Assembly: GCA_964270895.1 (NCBI GenBank) | Contig: OZ185447.1 | Source: Podarcis filfolensis | Lineage: Eukaryota | Strand: one strand, 5' to 3' | DNA: 64,000 nucleotides | Made by a program: the position numbers and the translations under genes | Part shown: piece after piece, positions 10,865 through 21,150 of the stretch | Layout of the letters: every line of letters begins with the position of its first letter | How positions within the stretch are numbered: position 1 is the stretch's first letter | The notes under the pieces: generated by a model | Seen by the model: only the letters and a program-made list of their open reading frames with translations | What the model was told of the DNA's origin: nothing | The model's database searches: none

Positions 10865-11090
10865 CAGTGGTACCTTGGGTTAAGTACTTAATTCATTCCG
10901 GAGGTCTGTTCTTAACCTGAAACTGTTCTTAACCTGAAGCACCACTTTAGCTAATGGGGCCTCCTGCTGCCGCCGTGCCACCAGAGCACGATTTCTGTTC
11001 TCATCCTGAAGCAAAGTTCTTAACCCGAGGTAATATTTCTGGGTTAGTGGAGTCTGTAACCTGAAGCGTATGTAACCCGAGGTACCACTG
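10865..11090 (+). mobile_element. Tc1/mariner (pogo/Tigger-like) MITE
   Basis: TA-flanked CAGTGGTACC...GGTACCACTG; near-identical to 37714 and 58020. Confidence 0.93.
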
Positions 11091-12191
11091 TAGCCCATTC
11101 ACGGATGGTGGTCTGACTTCTGACAACAAAAGTACTGGTAGCTTGATTCTATCTGCTATACTTCAGGAGCTGCTATGTTTCTGATAGACAGCTGTAACCG
11201 GGGGGGGGCAGTTTAATTGCTATATACTGATACTGGATAGAACATAGTATCACAATAATATACTTTAGTGATGGGTGGCCATCTGGTTAATAACTGAAGG
11301 CCTTACTGTAAATATATAATGAACCATAGTGTATGTGGTTAACAAAAATGCATATCACTGACATAATTTGCATATTGGATAACCGTATGCTACACTAGAT
11401 TAAATTTGGTTGTAGGAGATCCATGTTCCAATATCTGCTGATCCCTAAAGTTCATAGAGGAGCCTTGGAATAGCCTGTCTCATAAGGTTGTTAAGAGGCT
11501 AAAGGGAATAACAATGGGGTTATTGTATCATTTCTTGAAGCACTATGGAACTTGAATGTTTGGAGCCAAAGAAAATTGTTAAGATTTGAAATATTAAACC
11601 CTTCAATAATGAATTCCTAGCAGCTATGAATTCAATTAAACTATATTCCCACTGCTGCTTTTTGTATCAGGAGTGGCAGGGCTGGTTCTAAAGTAACCTG
11701 GTCTTGGTTCTGTTCCTACGTGTGGGGGTGGAAGGGCAACACACTGTCTCATGTTTCAAATGGTAGCATTCAACTTCGAATTCACATCTACTCATATTTG
11801 GGAAACAAATTTTCTCACTAGCATCCTTGCTACAATGTGTTGTCAGTTTCTCTGTCTCCTCCTGCTTTTCATTCTGGTCCATCACCCAGTCAGTGAACTA
11901 ATAAATACATGTTGGGTTTCTAACTTGTGTAACTTGAAATAATATATATTCTAATATAAGGGAAATATTTGGCAAGGATACTACTTCTTTTTCTAAGTTC
12001 CCATTATTTAAAATTAATTGAAATGCATTAGAGGGGGAGGACTCAAGCTGCCTAAATACATAAATTGCTGGGATCTGAGACAAGACTAGACATAGGCTAC
12101 TTACTCCCTCAAATCATCTGTGTGAGACAAGTTTTTAAATTTTTTGCAGGTTCTGGACTTACACAGACTTTACAATTTTCTGTTATAAAAA

Positions 12192-12239
12192 ATGAGGGAT
12201 AATACCCCAAAAGGGGATTGTAAATACACCAATTGTGAG
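12192..12239 (+). CDS. Candidate first coding exon of an unidentified small gene (MRDNTPKGDCKYTNCE); exon 12150-12239
   Basis: Acceptor TTTTTGCAG|G at 12149/12150, in-frame TAA upstream of an ATG with A at -3, donor GAG|GTTAGC, phase 0. Confidence 0.4.
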
Positions 12240-12522
12240 GTTAGCTGGCTAGCTGGCTGCTATGGTGACAGAGATCATACGGATACCTTAGGCAGACAGT
12301 TCTGTCACAGACTCATTGTGGAACCTTAGGGGAGTCATTTAACCCTTTGTTTGTCCATCTGTACAATGGGGAAAGTGTTCCTTTCTGGTAATCAAGTGGG
12401 GGCTGTATGTTATATTCAGCAGGTGTTCCTGCTACACTGAGTGCCATAGGGATGTATGCTTTTTATAAATAATAGCAATCAAGTGCTGCATAGCTACTGA
12501 GCAGGGTCCATATTGTCTGCAG

Positions 12523-12681
12523 GTTGACAGATACCTGGAAGCACTTTGGGAGAGTTTTCTGCACACCGAACAAGAAAAACGTGATCTACAGAACTGGAAT
12601 TTGCCTTTGAAGAGTACAAAATCTGGGAAGAGTTTAAATGGTGAATCCCAGGAAAAAGTATTCAAAGGAATCTTTTATAAG
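12523..12681 (+). CDS. Candidate internal coding exon (VDRYLEALWESFLHTEQEKRDLQNWNLPLKSTKSGKSLNGESQEKVFKGIFYK)
   Basis: Acceptor CATATTGTCTGCAG|, donor AAG|GTAATT, 159 nt, open in phase 0 to phase 0. Confidence 0.5.
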
Positions 12682-12983
12682 GTAATTAGAATAAATATTG
12701 GTATGCATGTTTATGTTGTTTAGCCTTGCAGATAATTGCAAAAAAGGGGGGAGAATAATACCAATCCACATAGAGATACAGTATGTGTGTTGCAAGATCA
12801 CTCATGTGATACATCTAGCAGCTCTGACTTAGAATAAATCATTACTTATCTGAGAGAGTGGTTAAATGCAAGACAAATGTAGGCTTTTTTATATTAATGT
12901 AGTGGATTTCATTCAAGTTTAGAGGTTAGCGTTAACCTGTTGCTAACCACATAATGGGTCCAAATGAACCCAAATATCTGTAG

Positions 12984-13157
12984 GATTTCCAGAACAGTAT
13001 AGAAAGTATAATTGCAGAAAGAAAGAGAAGCATCAGATTATGCAGCCAGAAACATTATTTTAAAGATCTGACTAACGGAGACATTAAGAGCAAGAGGGAG
13101 CTTGTAAAATGCATGTCTGGAAATACTTTATTTAATGTTCTGTGGTATTGGGTTTAA
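12984..13157 (+). CDS. Candidate third coding exon (DFQNSIESIIAERKRSIRLCSQKHYFKDLTNGDIKSKREL...WYWV*)
   Basis: Two in-frame acceptors (TGTAG|12984 and TTCCAG|12993); phase-0 frame open for 57 codons to TAA at 13155-13157; the acceptor is weak and the 3' end uncertain. Confidence 0.4.
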   Translation, partial: DFQNSIESIIAERKRSIRLCSQKHYFKDLTNGDIKSKRELVKCMSGNTLFNVLWYWV

Positions 13158-14235
13158 CTATGGTCAGGTCAGCAACATTTAGTTATGAGCCAAAAGTGCC
13201 CACTGAAGTCGTTTCATAGAATCCAACATATCATTGAGAAAAATTTTACTGGTTAAATCTCTGTGGGTTAGACGGCTGTTGAAGGCACAGAATCAGGGCT
13301 TAGAGAAAAGGATAGCAACCTTTATTTTAGTTTGTTTTATATGTGTCTTAAAGTACAAAAGATAGTTTTCTGTCTTTTAAGAGAAGTAATCACTCTTGTT
13401 GTATGCCCAAACATATATCAGACTAAAAATTGCCAGTGGTTGTGTCTTCTTCACAGGCATGGGGACCCCTACCTTTGTCTACTTCAGGATGAGTATGAAT
13501 AAGCACACCTTTATATCATTAAGACACCTAAGCACACCAAGTTGATCTCCTGAGAGTAATTCAAACTATTTACATATATTGCTGCAGGAACCAAATAGGT
13601 AGCTCCCCGCCCCTCCCCCCCAAGTAACAAAAATGTGGCACAAAATATTATAGCTTTGGAGTGCAAAGGTTAAGTCTAAGGGGAAAATAAGCTTAATATT
13701 TTGAACCAATGAACCTTTTTAAAGTCATGGAGGGACCCTAAATCAGACAAATCCTATGACTGTGGCAGAGAGTTGCTTGTAAGCAATATCTCCTCTTTTG
13801 AGTAGTAGTACCCTTCCAGTGAAATGTCTTTAATAACTCTGTATTGATAATCTTGTGTCATACTTTATAAGTTAGTGCTTCAAAACTTACCTATGAGTAT
13901 GAATGTTAATTCTACCATGTGGCTGAAATACTTGGAAAATGCTTCTCCCAATTCAGTTTCCAGGGTATGAGCATATATTTTATCCAATGTTTTAATGCTT
14001 CAAGTAGGATCCCCAAGTGCTGCTGATTAGGCAATTAAATATTTAGATGAAAGAATAAGTGCTTTTCTGAATCTATTTCAAGTGATTAATGCTAATTGGA
14101 TTTATAAGAAAAGTGTGTATATTCTAGGGAAGTAGTGCACAAGTATACTTGCCCTGTCTTGAATGCATTTCACAGGATACATTTTATATCCCTAAGGGTA
14201 GCTTGACTTCCGCAATATTTTTATTTGGATTTGTA

Positions 14236-14501
14236 CCTAGCTTCTGCCAACCTAGCAGTTCGAAAGCACGTCAAAGTGGAAGTAGATTAATAGGTACTGC
14301 TCCGGTGGGAAGGTAAACAGCATTTCCATGCGCTGCTCTGGTTTTGCCAGAAGTGGCTTAGTCATGCTGGACACATGACCCGGAAAAACTGTCTGCGGAC
14401 AAACACCAGCTCCCTCGGCCTGTAAAGCGAGATGAGCGCCGCAACCCCAGAGTCGTTCGCGACTGGACTTAACTGTCAGGGGTCCTTTACATTTACCTTT
14501 A
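14236..14501 (+). mobile_element. Sauria SINE
   Basis: Reverse complement of the 8256 element, ending in the CCTTTACATTTACCTTT tail. Confidence 0.92.
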
Positions 14502-15194
14502 AATCTCACAGACTCCAAGTAATTTCAAAGTAAATTTAAATATATACAACACACAATAATAAGCCACACCATTCTGTCTTCCACCTTGGCTCTTCTTTTC
14601 TCACCCACGGCAGAGCCCTTTCCCTGGTCTCAGTTACATCGTCACTAGCAGCCATTGATAGCCCTACCCTGCATCCACATGCTTGCTGACAGTCAAAAAA
14701 CTCTATTAGTGAGACATTTATTTCCTCCCCCAGTCAAGCCTCTATTCTTGCATGAGGTAGACACTGTGATGTCTCCATTAATATTTTACTTAGTATTTTA
14801 AATGTCATGGTTTCAGAACAATATCAAAGCCCTTCCAGAAATTCCCACTGATGCCTGCTCTTTTGCCTTTTTACACTGAAGAATTCATGCCCTTTCTCTC
14901 ATTGAAAAGAGGGGTAGGCCCCAACAAATTGATACTTTGTTCCTTATAATCCCAACCCCAATACCTTTTTGAATTCCATTAACTGAAAAAAATTATAACA
15001 TCTCACTCACTAGTCCCTTCTCATCAAACAGAACTTCAACTATAACTGCCAAACTGCCTTTGGCAGTCACCCTCAGACTGTGGAATAACCAGCCTCATAT
15101 AAGCAATATGCTTAAGTCTAATTAATATACTACAGGGTTAAGACCATAGAATTCTCCTTTAGTACCTATATTTTTGCTTGTATTCATTCAACTT

Positions 15195-15283
15195 GTTTTT
15201 ATTATTGCTTGTTAGCTGCCCTGAGCCTGGCCTTGGCTGGGGAGGGCAGGGTATAAATAAAAATTATTATTATTATTATTATC
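15195..15283 (+). mobile_element. L2/SINE 3' end with (TAT)n tail
   Basis: TTAGCTGCCCTGAG...GGGAGGGCAGGGTATAAATAAA followed by (TTA)n. Confidence 0.55.
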
Positions 15284-15429
15284 ACCAACAGAAAACAAAT
15301 ATGTCTAGCCTCAGGGAGTGATGGGGGATAGGCAGGACATCTTGAGATGGTTGAAGGTTTTATGGGGATCCAATGGTGTAAGCCCCCTAGTATGGACTAT
15401 TATTCATTAGAACACACAGGTTTGAAGGG

Positions 15430-15754
15430 CAAACTTCTATGCACACTTACAAGGAAATAAGTCTTGTACAGTCGTACCTTGGAAGTCAAACAGAATCTGT
15501 TCCAGAAGTCCACTCAACTTCCAAAACATTCGGAAACTAAAATGTGGCTTCTGATTGGCTGCAGAAAGCTCCAATCGGAAGCTGCAGAAGCCCCGTCAAA
15601 CGTTCAGCTTCCAAAAATAGTTTGCAAACCGGAACAGTCACTTCTGGGTTTGTGGCGTTCGGGAGCCAAAACGTTTGAGAACTAAGCTGTTCGAAAACCA
15701 AGGTACGACTGTATATAGTGGGACTTATGTCCAAGCAAGTGTGCATAGAATTTG
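15430..15754. mobile_element. Palindromic MITE interrupted at its centre
   Basis: Left arm 15430-15463 CAAACTTCTATGCACACTTACAAGGAAATAAGTC is the imperfect reverse complement of right arm 15722-15754. Confidence 0.75.
15469..15711. mobile_element. Tc1/mariner-type MITE (second family), nested
   Basis: TIRs CAGTCGTACCTTGG / CCAAGGTACGACTG flanked by TA. Confidence 0.92.
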
Positions 15755-15909
15755 ACTAGGGATGTAAAAAGTTATTGATTTTCAGTCCATGTTGCTGTTC
15801 CTGTTCTGCTGCAGTTTGGCTTGCAACAAAAACGACATTATTAATGTCACTGTTCACTGCAGCAGAATTTTATGTAATTAATTAATTAATTATTGTAATG
15901 CTATTACAC

Positions 15910-16091
15910 TAGGGTTGCCATATTTAAAAAACCATGACACCTCAAATGTTGTTGAGTGCCCGAAATTGTTGAGCGCCTGAAGTTGTTGAGCTTTTTTAAG
16001 GAAAAGCTCTACAGTTAATATTTTGGAACTTTAAAGGTTTTTTATGCATTTTCAACATGATTTGACCCCTGTTGCCGGTATGGCGGCCCTA
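15910..16091. mobile_element. hAT/Tip100-like MITE
   Basis: Ends TAGGGTTGCCA / TGGCGGCCCTA; three internal (AG/TG/AA)TTGTTGAG repeats; no TSD seen. Confidence 0.55.
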
Positions 16092-17099
16092 TTGCACAAC
16101 GTATCTCTGCAAAGGAAATTTAATGCAAATAGGGGAAAACATAAATTACGTAATGTTTGGACTGAAGACAAGAACAGCAATGAATAGGAATTGTTTTTTC
16201 TGAATTGATTTGTTTTTTTGGACATGGGACAAATAAGCAGACATCAGTGATTGCAATTTCTGTTTCTATCAGTGTTCTCTGATATCCCTAGGTGTGGCTG
16301 CACATAACCTTTCTCTGGGAAAATTGGTGAACGGCTGCTCTAGAATGCTGTTGGTTTGCTTCCTCAGCAACTGAGGGCAGAAGTGTGAGCACCTTAGCAT
16401 GGACTTCTTCTCCACTGTGTTTCCCTCAGCTTCCCTCACCCCACCCCCACAATTTTCTTTACGCCAGCATTTTTTATCATTCTTATTTTTTTATGCACAT
16501 AGTTTGTGTTTTGTAGGTTGTTGTCTCTTGTGCTTGCTTCTAATTACTTTGATTCCCCCTAACCTAAGTAATTTTCCCCCTTGTAATGTTATGCTATGGC
16601 ACTTTTCACATTCAGTGTAAGATTCTGCTACCTTCTAATGTGTAGATTCTCTAGTTCCTGATTATCTTTAATGTTGAAGCTGGCTGAAAGTAAAATAGGT
16701 TAGATGAGTACATTTGCAGAAGAGCACCAGTTGGTGTAGAAGTAGTTAAGCAGTCCTCGTTCCCTCATGTTGATTCTCCCCTGTGAGTGCCCCTACCCTA
16801 ATATGCTTTGTTACATCAGTAAACATCGTGCTGGGAACAAATATTTACTAGTATAAAGTGTTATTTGGGCTTGAAACATCAACATGGAAACTGGCACACA
16901 TGCTCAGATAACAGCCTGCATTTAAATGATGAATCCGAACTTGATCCCTGCCCCCATGTTTCAGGGGAACAGGAAGTATGCAAAAGAGAGTACAATATAG
17001 TATCTGCCATGAGGACTGATATATTGGCATGGAAGTTTATATGCTTGCTCAAGATAACATTTTATAATTTTATTGCAGCTTAAAAACTGATAAATTTTT

Positions 17100-17500
17100 T
17101 ATGGTATAAGTATCTGTGGTCTAGAGTCCACTTCATCAAATACATGTATTGTCATATTTAGTTGGTAGGTACATACATGTGGGTGTAGAGTGAGAAAATA
17201 GTAAACAGTACGGTCAGATGATTAAATGCAGAAAGTAAAAATTGTGACAATTCAATTAACTGACCATTCACAGCGGTAGTAATTAAGGGCAGGAATGGTG
17301 TGCAATACAATACTGTACCTCTTTACAGACTGAGAGGTCATAGAGAAACAAGGTATATAATTTACAACATGATTCTCTGTTTGAAGTTCAAATATTCAGA
17401 GACTGATACCATTGTTAATGATATATAGGTTCTGGACAAGTTTGTCAAGCTGAGTTTGATTTCCATATGCAAGACCTCTCAACACTGTGCTTTATTAGTG
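17100..17500 (-). mobile_element. Degraded Penelope-like element, 3' region
   Basis: Weak recollected similarity to the Penelope C-terminus and 3' UTR (GTGGTCTAGAGTCCACTTCATCAAATACAT); heavily decayed. Confidence 0.35.
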
Positions 17501-17890
17501 ATAATAATGATGTATCTAAAAAAGGCAACAAATAAATTCCTCCTTAAGTTTCTAGTGCTTAGTCGTTCAGATAATGCTCCTTAGGTTTAGCTACTTACTG
17601 CAGCTTCTTCAAAAGAATTATTACCATCCTATTCCATGGTTACTTATCCCCTGTAATTGGATTTAGGGATGGGAAAACTGCAGGAGGTTTCCCTAGTAAG
17701 ACAACCCTAAGTATTTAATTGTGTTTCCTCCCATTTTGATTAATCATTAAATAAAAAATAAAGAATGATTTGGGAACAGAACAAGAATCACAGAGACATA
17801 TTGAGAAAAGTCAAATAATATTCTTTATAACAATGCAATTTTTAAAAATTTGTACCAACATTAACTACATGTCTCTAATTTTGCATGAGA

Positions 17891-17953
17891 ATATGTAAAA
17901 TCAGGTAGCACACTAAAACACATATGTAAAATCAGGTAGCACATTAAAAACAC
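17891..17953. repeat. Tandem duplication, 31-32 bp unit x2
   Basis: ATATGTAAAATCAGGTAGCACACTAAAACAC followed by ATATGTAAAATCAGGTAGCACATTAAAAACAC. Confidence 0.95.
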
Positions 17954-18554
17954 ACTATTGCTGCTAAGAAACACTTTACAAGGGACTACACTGCATGTGT
18001 GTCTTCTAAATCTGAGTAAGTGCAGTAAAGCAGCAACTTCTGGCCTGGAAGGTCTGGTAATATGGAGTGACGCCTCGAAGAGAGGTGCCTCCAAACCCTT
18101 TTGTTCCCCTGAGCTTGAGAAGGAGATCAATGCCAGACAGCATGACACAAACTGAGATTTCACTATTCTACTTCAAGTATCCATAAGTTAAATATGAATT
18201 TGAGGCAGATGCCTATGGCTTTAGTGCTTATCCTGCAAATGCACATGCAGGAACAGAGGCTGGCAACTATTATGTACATGCTTACCTGTGCGTAAGGCCC
18301 ATTGCACTTACTTTTGACTATAGGATTGAGCTGCATGGCAATAATCTGGTGTGCATTCTGCCATTTCATATGCTGTAGATGGGGTGGTCAATCTACAGGT
18401 TTACAGGTGCTGTAAACACCTTTTTAAAAAACTTTTAAATAGCGTGGCTAGATTCAAGCTTTTTGGGTTGTTTAAAAACCAAAGCACTGCTTCCCTTCTC
18501 CATAAGCTCCGATAAACAACTATCCAACCAAGTAGTCTCCAACAACTAAGTATA

Positions 18555-18715
18555 TCTTCACTACTTGTGATAGGTTAATGAAATATTAATAATTTGGATC
18601 CAAGGAAAGGAGGCTCCTTGAGAAATTGCACCAGTACTTCAACAACTTTCACCCATCATCAAATGGAGACCAGACCAGTCCACACAGTAGGCTGACTTTC
18701 TGGACACCACTGTCA
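18555..18715 (+). mobile_element. Penelope-like reverse transcriptase fragment
   Basis: With a frameshift, translates to YL**VNEILIIWIQGKEA/LEKLHQYFNNFHP...DQSTQ*ADFLDTTV, resembling the Penelope YLRYIDDIFIIW...FNNFHP...FLDTTV motif. Confidence 0.7.
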
Positions 18716-20469
18716 CTTAGTGCAGCACAAGCCAAACAGAAGAAGTAAGACATCCTTTAGGGCAAAGATAGGGAATCTCAGGCTGTTGGCCAAAAGTGGT
18801 TCTCTGGGCCTCTCTGTGTGGCCCTTGGGACTCTCCCCAAGTTACAGCTCTCACTGGCCCCGCTTTACACCCTCCTTGAGTGTTGTTACTCATAGTTGGC
18901 CCACCCATGAGGCAGAGGGCCACCTCAGGCAGTAGAAGTGCAAGAGGCAACATCCCACCTGCCTGCCGCACCACTTCTACTTCCAGAACTCCCCCCACTT
19001 GGCAGGTTTCAGCAAGGGGGGGAAGGTGATCCAGTGGCAGGGGTTGGCACATTCATGTTTCTCCTCAGGTGGTGAGATGGGATGGGCCTTCCTTGTTGTT
19101 ACCTGACTAGAATGTGTCCTTGAACTGTGATGTTGCCTCTTGGTTGCCTGGATGAAGGAGAGAGGAGGTGGGGGGGTGGGGGTGTTTGTGTAGAAACTAG
19201 TCTACCCTACAAAGGTAAAATTCACATTAGTTGTTCTGTGCACCCTTGCTTCTGACCATGTTTGTATCCCCTTTGGCCTGGTCCACAGTATAGGAAGCAA
19301 AGCAAAGCCTCCGTCAACAAGTAACAGCATAAAGGAGGAGGGGTGCTCAGGTAGCAATCCTTGATGCAAGAATAGTACATGTGTTCCTATTTTAATTTGT
19401 GTAATGTTGAAAGGTATGATAGATACTAAATTCTGAACGATTAATAAAAAGTAATGTCTGTGACATTGGCATTCCCAGGAATTCTTGCCCTCGCTGCTTT
19501 GTTCCCTCTAGTCCTTAATTTTGCTGCCAATCCCCGCTCCAAAATGCATTTCCCTTTAAAAAAGCAACAGCCCCAATACACCAGGATAATAACATTGGAC
19601 TACCATTCAGGGTTGTTGTATACTTTCTCCTCTCTCAGCAACTTTCTCCTCTCCCAGCAAGAGGCATGTAACAACAGTTGCAGTTGGTTACTTTGCAGAA
19701 CTGGCGTAACTCACTCTCCCAGCCACAGCCCTGCCCTCTGCAGTATGGGCATAATAATGATGAATTGTCTCTATGTATGTATTGACAGAGTGTTTTTTAA
19801 AAGATTACAAACTGGGGAGGGGGGAAATCTAATTAAGATCCACATTAGAAATATATTGTCTTTGCTATTACCTTTTGTTTTGGGTTGGCACACTACTTCC
19901 CAGTCACAGTGATACTAAAATTCTGGATAAATGAGTTGTTTTTTATGGGGAAATCACTTCTCCACAGGGAAGAACAGTAGAAAATGCTTAAAAGCAAACG
20001 AAGATTTTTTTTCTCTAGAGTCTTCTAGGCAGTTGGTCTTCTAGCCTGCTCTTTGTTTAGCTGGCAAGATTTGCTTTCCCAAATGTCAGTCATTACTATG
20101 ACCTCATTTATTGGCTAAAAATGCAGACAGATGGGAGAGGCTAGTTCCTCACAAAACAAAAATGCTTCATATTCCTGATTCTACAAGTGCTGGGATCTTT
20201 CATTTTTAAAAAGTAAGATTGGGAATCTGGGGATTATGGCTAATGAGGGAGCAATGCGCCCCCTTGCGGACCCCCATGGTATATACCTAACTGTAAACAT
20301 GCGTGTTCTGGGAGCAGGGATGTTAAAAAACGCTTTCCAGTATGACTTCAGCGTGGGTCACCACACTCTTAATTATAGCACTATAACAAACCCTAACCCT
20401 GCTTTGTCTTTAATCCTGCTGCGCTGACCTTGTGTCCCATGCGCTATAAAGAACGGTAACTATTATTAT

Positions 20470-21150
20470 TTGATAAATAGCGCTCACGCCGGCGCGGCTC
20501 CAAAAGGAGGATTTTTTGTGTGTTTTTTGTTTAAACCCGGCTTTTCCAAAGAAGACAAAGAACACATTGGGAGTCGGTGTAAAGCCTCCACGCATGCGCT
20601 TACGGTCGTAGGGAGGTGTCTGAAAGATGAGACGGGCGGGCATTGTGCGCGTGCGTGGGAGAGCCATCTCGGGCAGCCTTTCATTGTGGGAGCAACCTTA
20701 TTTCTCGAGGAGCTGGGAGGGCCCTTGCGAGCGCGCATATACGAGTTCTTCTTGGGAAGGTTCCGGAGCCTGTGCGCGCTCCCGTCGCTAGATAGGCGCG
20801 TTCTCTTTCTGTCTGTCTCTCCCTCTTTCCTGTCACTCCCCCTCCTCCCGGCTTTGGTGAGCGAGACTTTCCAGAGATCTCTCCCTGCAGCAGCATTAGC
20901 AGCCGCAGCGCCAGGTAGGGTTTCCCAGCACGGTGCGATCTGCTCTTAGGAGAGCAGCTGCACCGAGGGCCTTCAGACTTTACAAACCTTTGGGTGGTGG
21001 GGATGGACGGGCGGGGGTGCGTTAGGCGTACAGGTGCGTGCGGTTACGCAGTCAATGCGCTTGCAGTGGCTGGAGGGAGAGGCGCCGCGCCATGCAATAT
21101 AGCTTTGGATCCGATGGCTTCAGTACGCGGCGTAATTCCGTTTGCATATG
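20470..21150. promoter_or_regulatory. MAPT: CpG island, probable MAPT promoter
   Basis: High CpG density, NRF1-like CGCATGCGC (20591-20599), GC boxes (about 20634 and 21010), plus-strand donor at 20914/20915. It is the nearest island upstream of the tau ATG exon, and MAPT is known to have a CpG-island non-coding exon 0 with a long intron 0. Confidence 0.7.
20790..20914 (+). other. MAPT: Probable non-coding exon 0 of MAPT
   Basis: ATG-free pyrimidine-rich leader ending GCAGCGCCAG|GTAGGG; the TSS is approximate. Confidence 0.6.

Noticed and set aside
12150-12188. VLDLHRLYNFL resembles an ARID-domain motif
   Set aside because: Followed by a stop, and the rest of the domain is absent.
12984-13035. 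DFQNSIESIIAERKRSI resembles aromatase DLKDAIEVLIAEKRRRI
   Set aside because: A short amphipathic-helix match; flanks, splice phase and other P450 motifs do not fit.
20389-20400. Telomere-like AACCCTAACCCT
   Set aside because: Only two units; expected by chance.
20470-20949. ORFs on both strands across island 2
   Set aside because: CpG-island artefacts with no recognisable protein.
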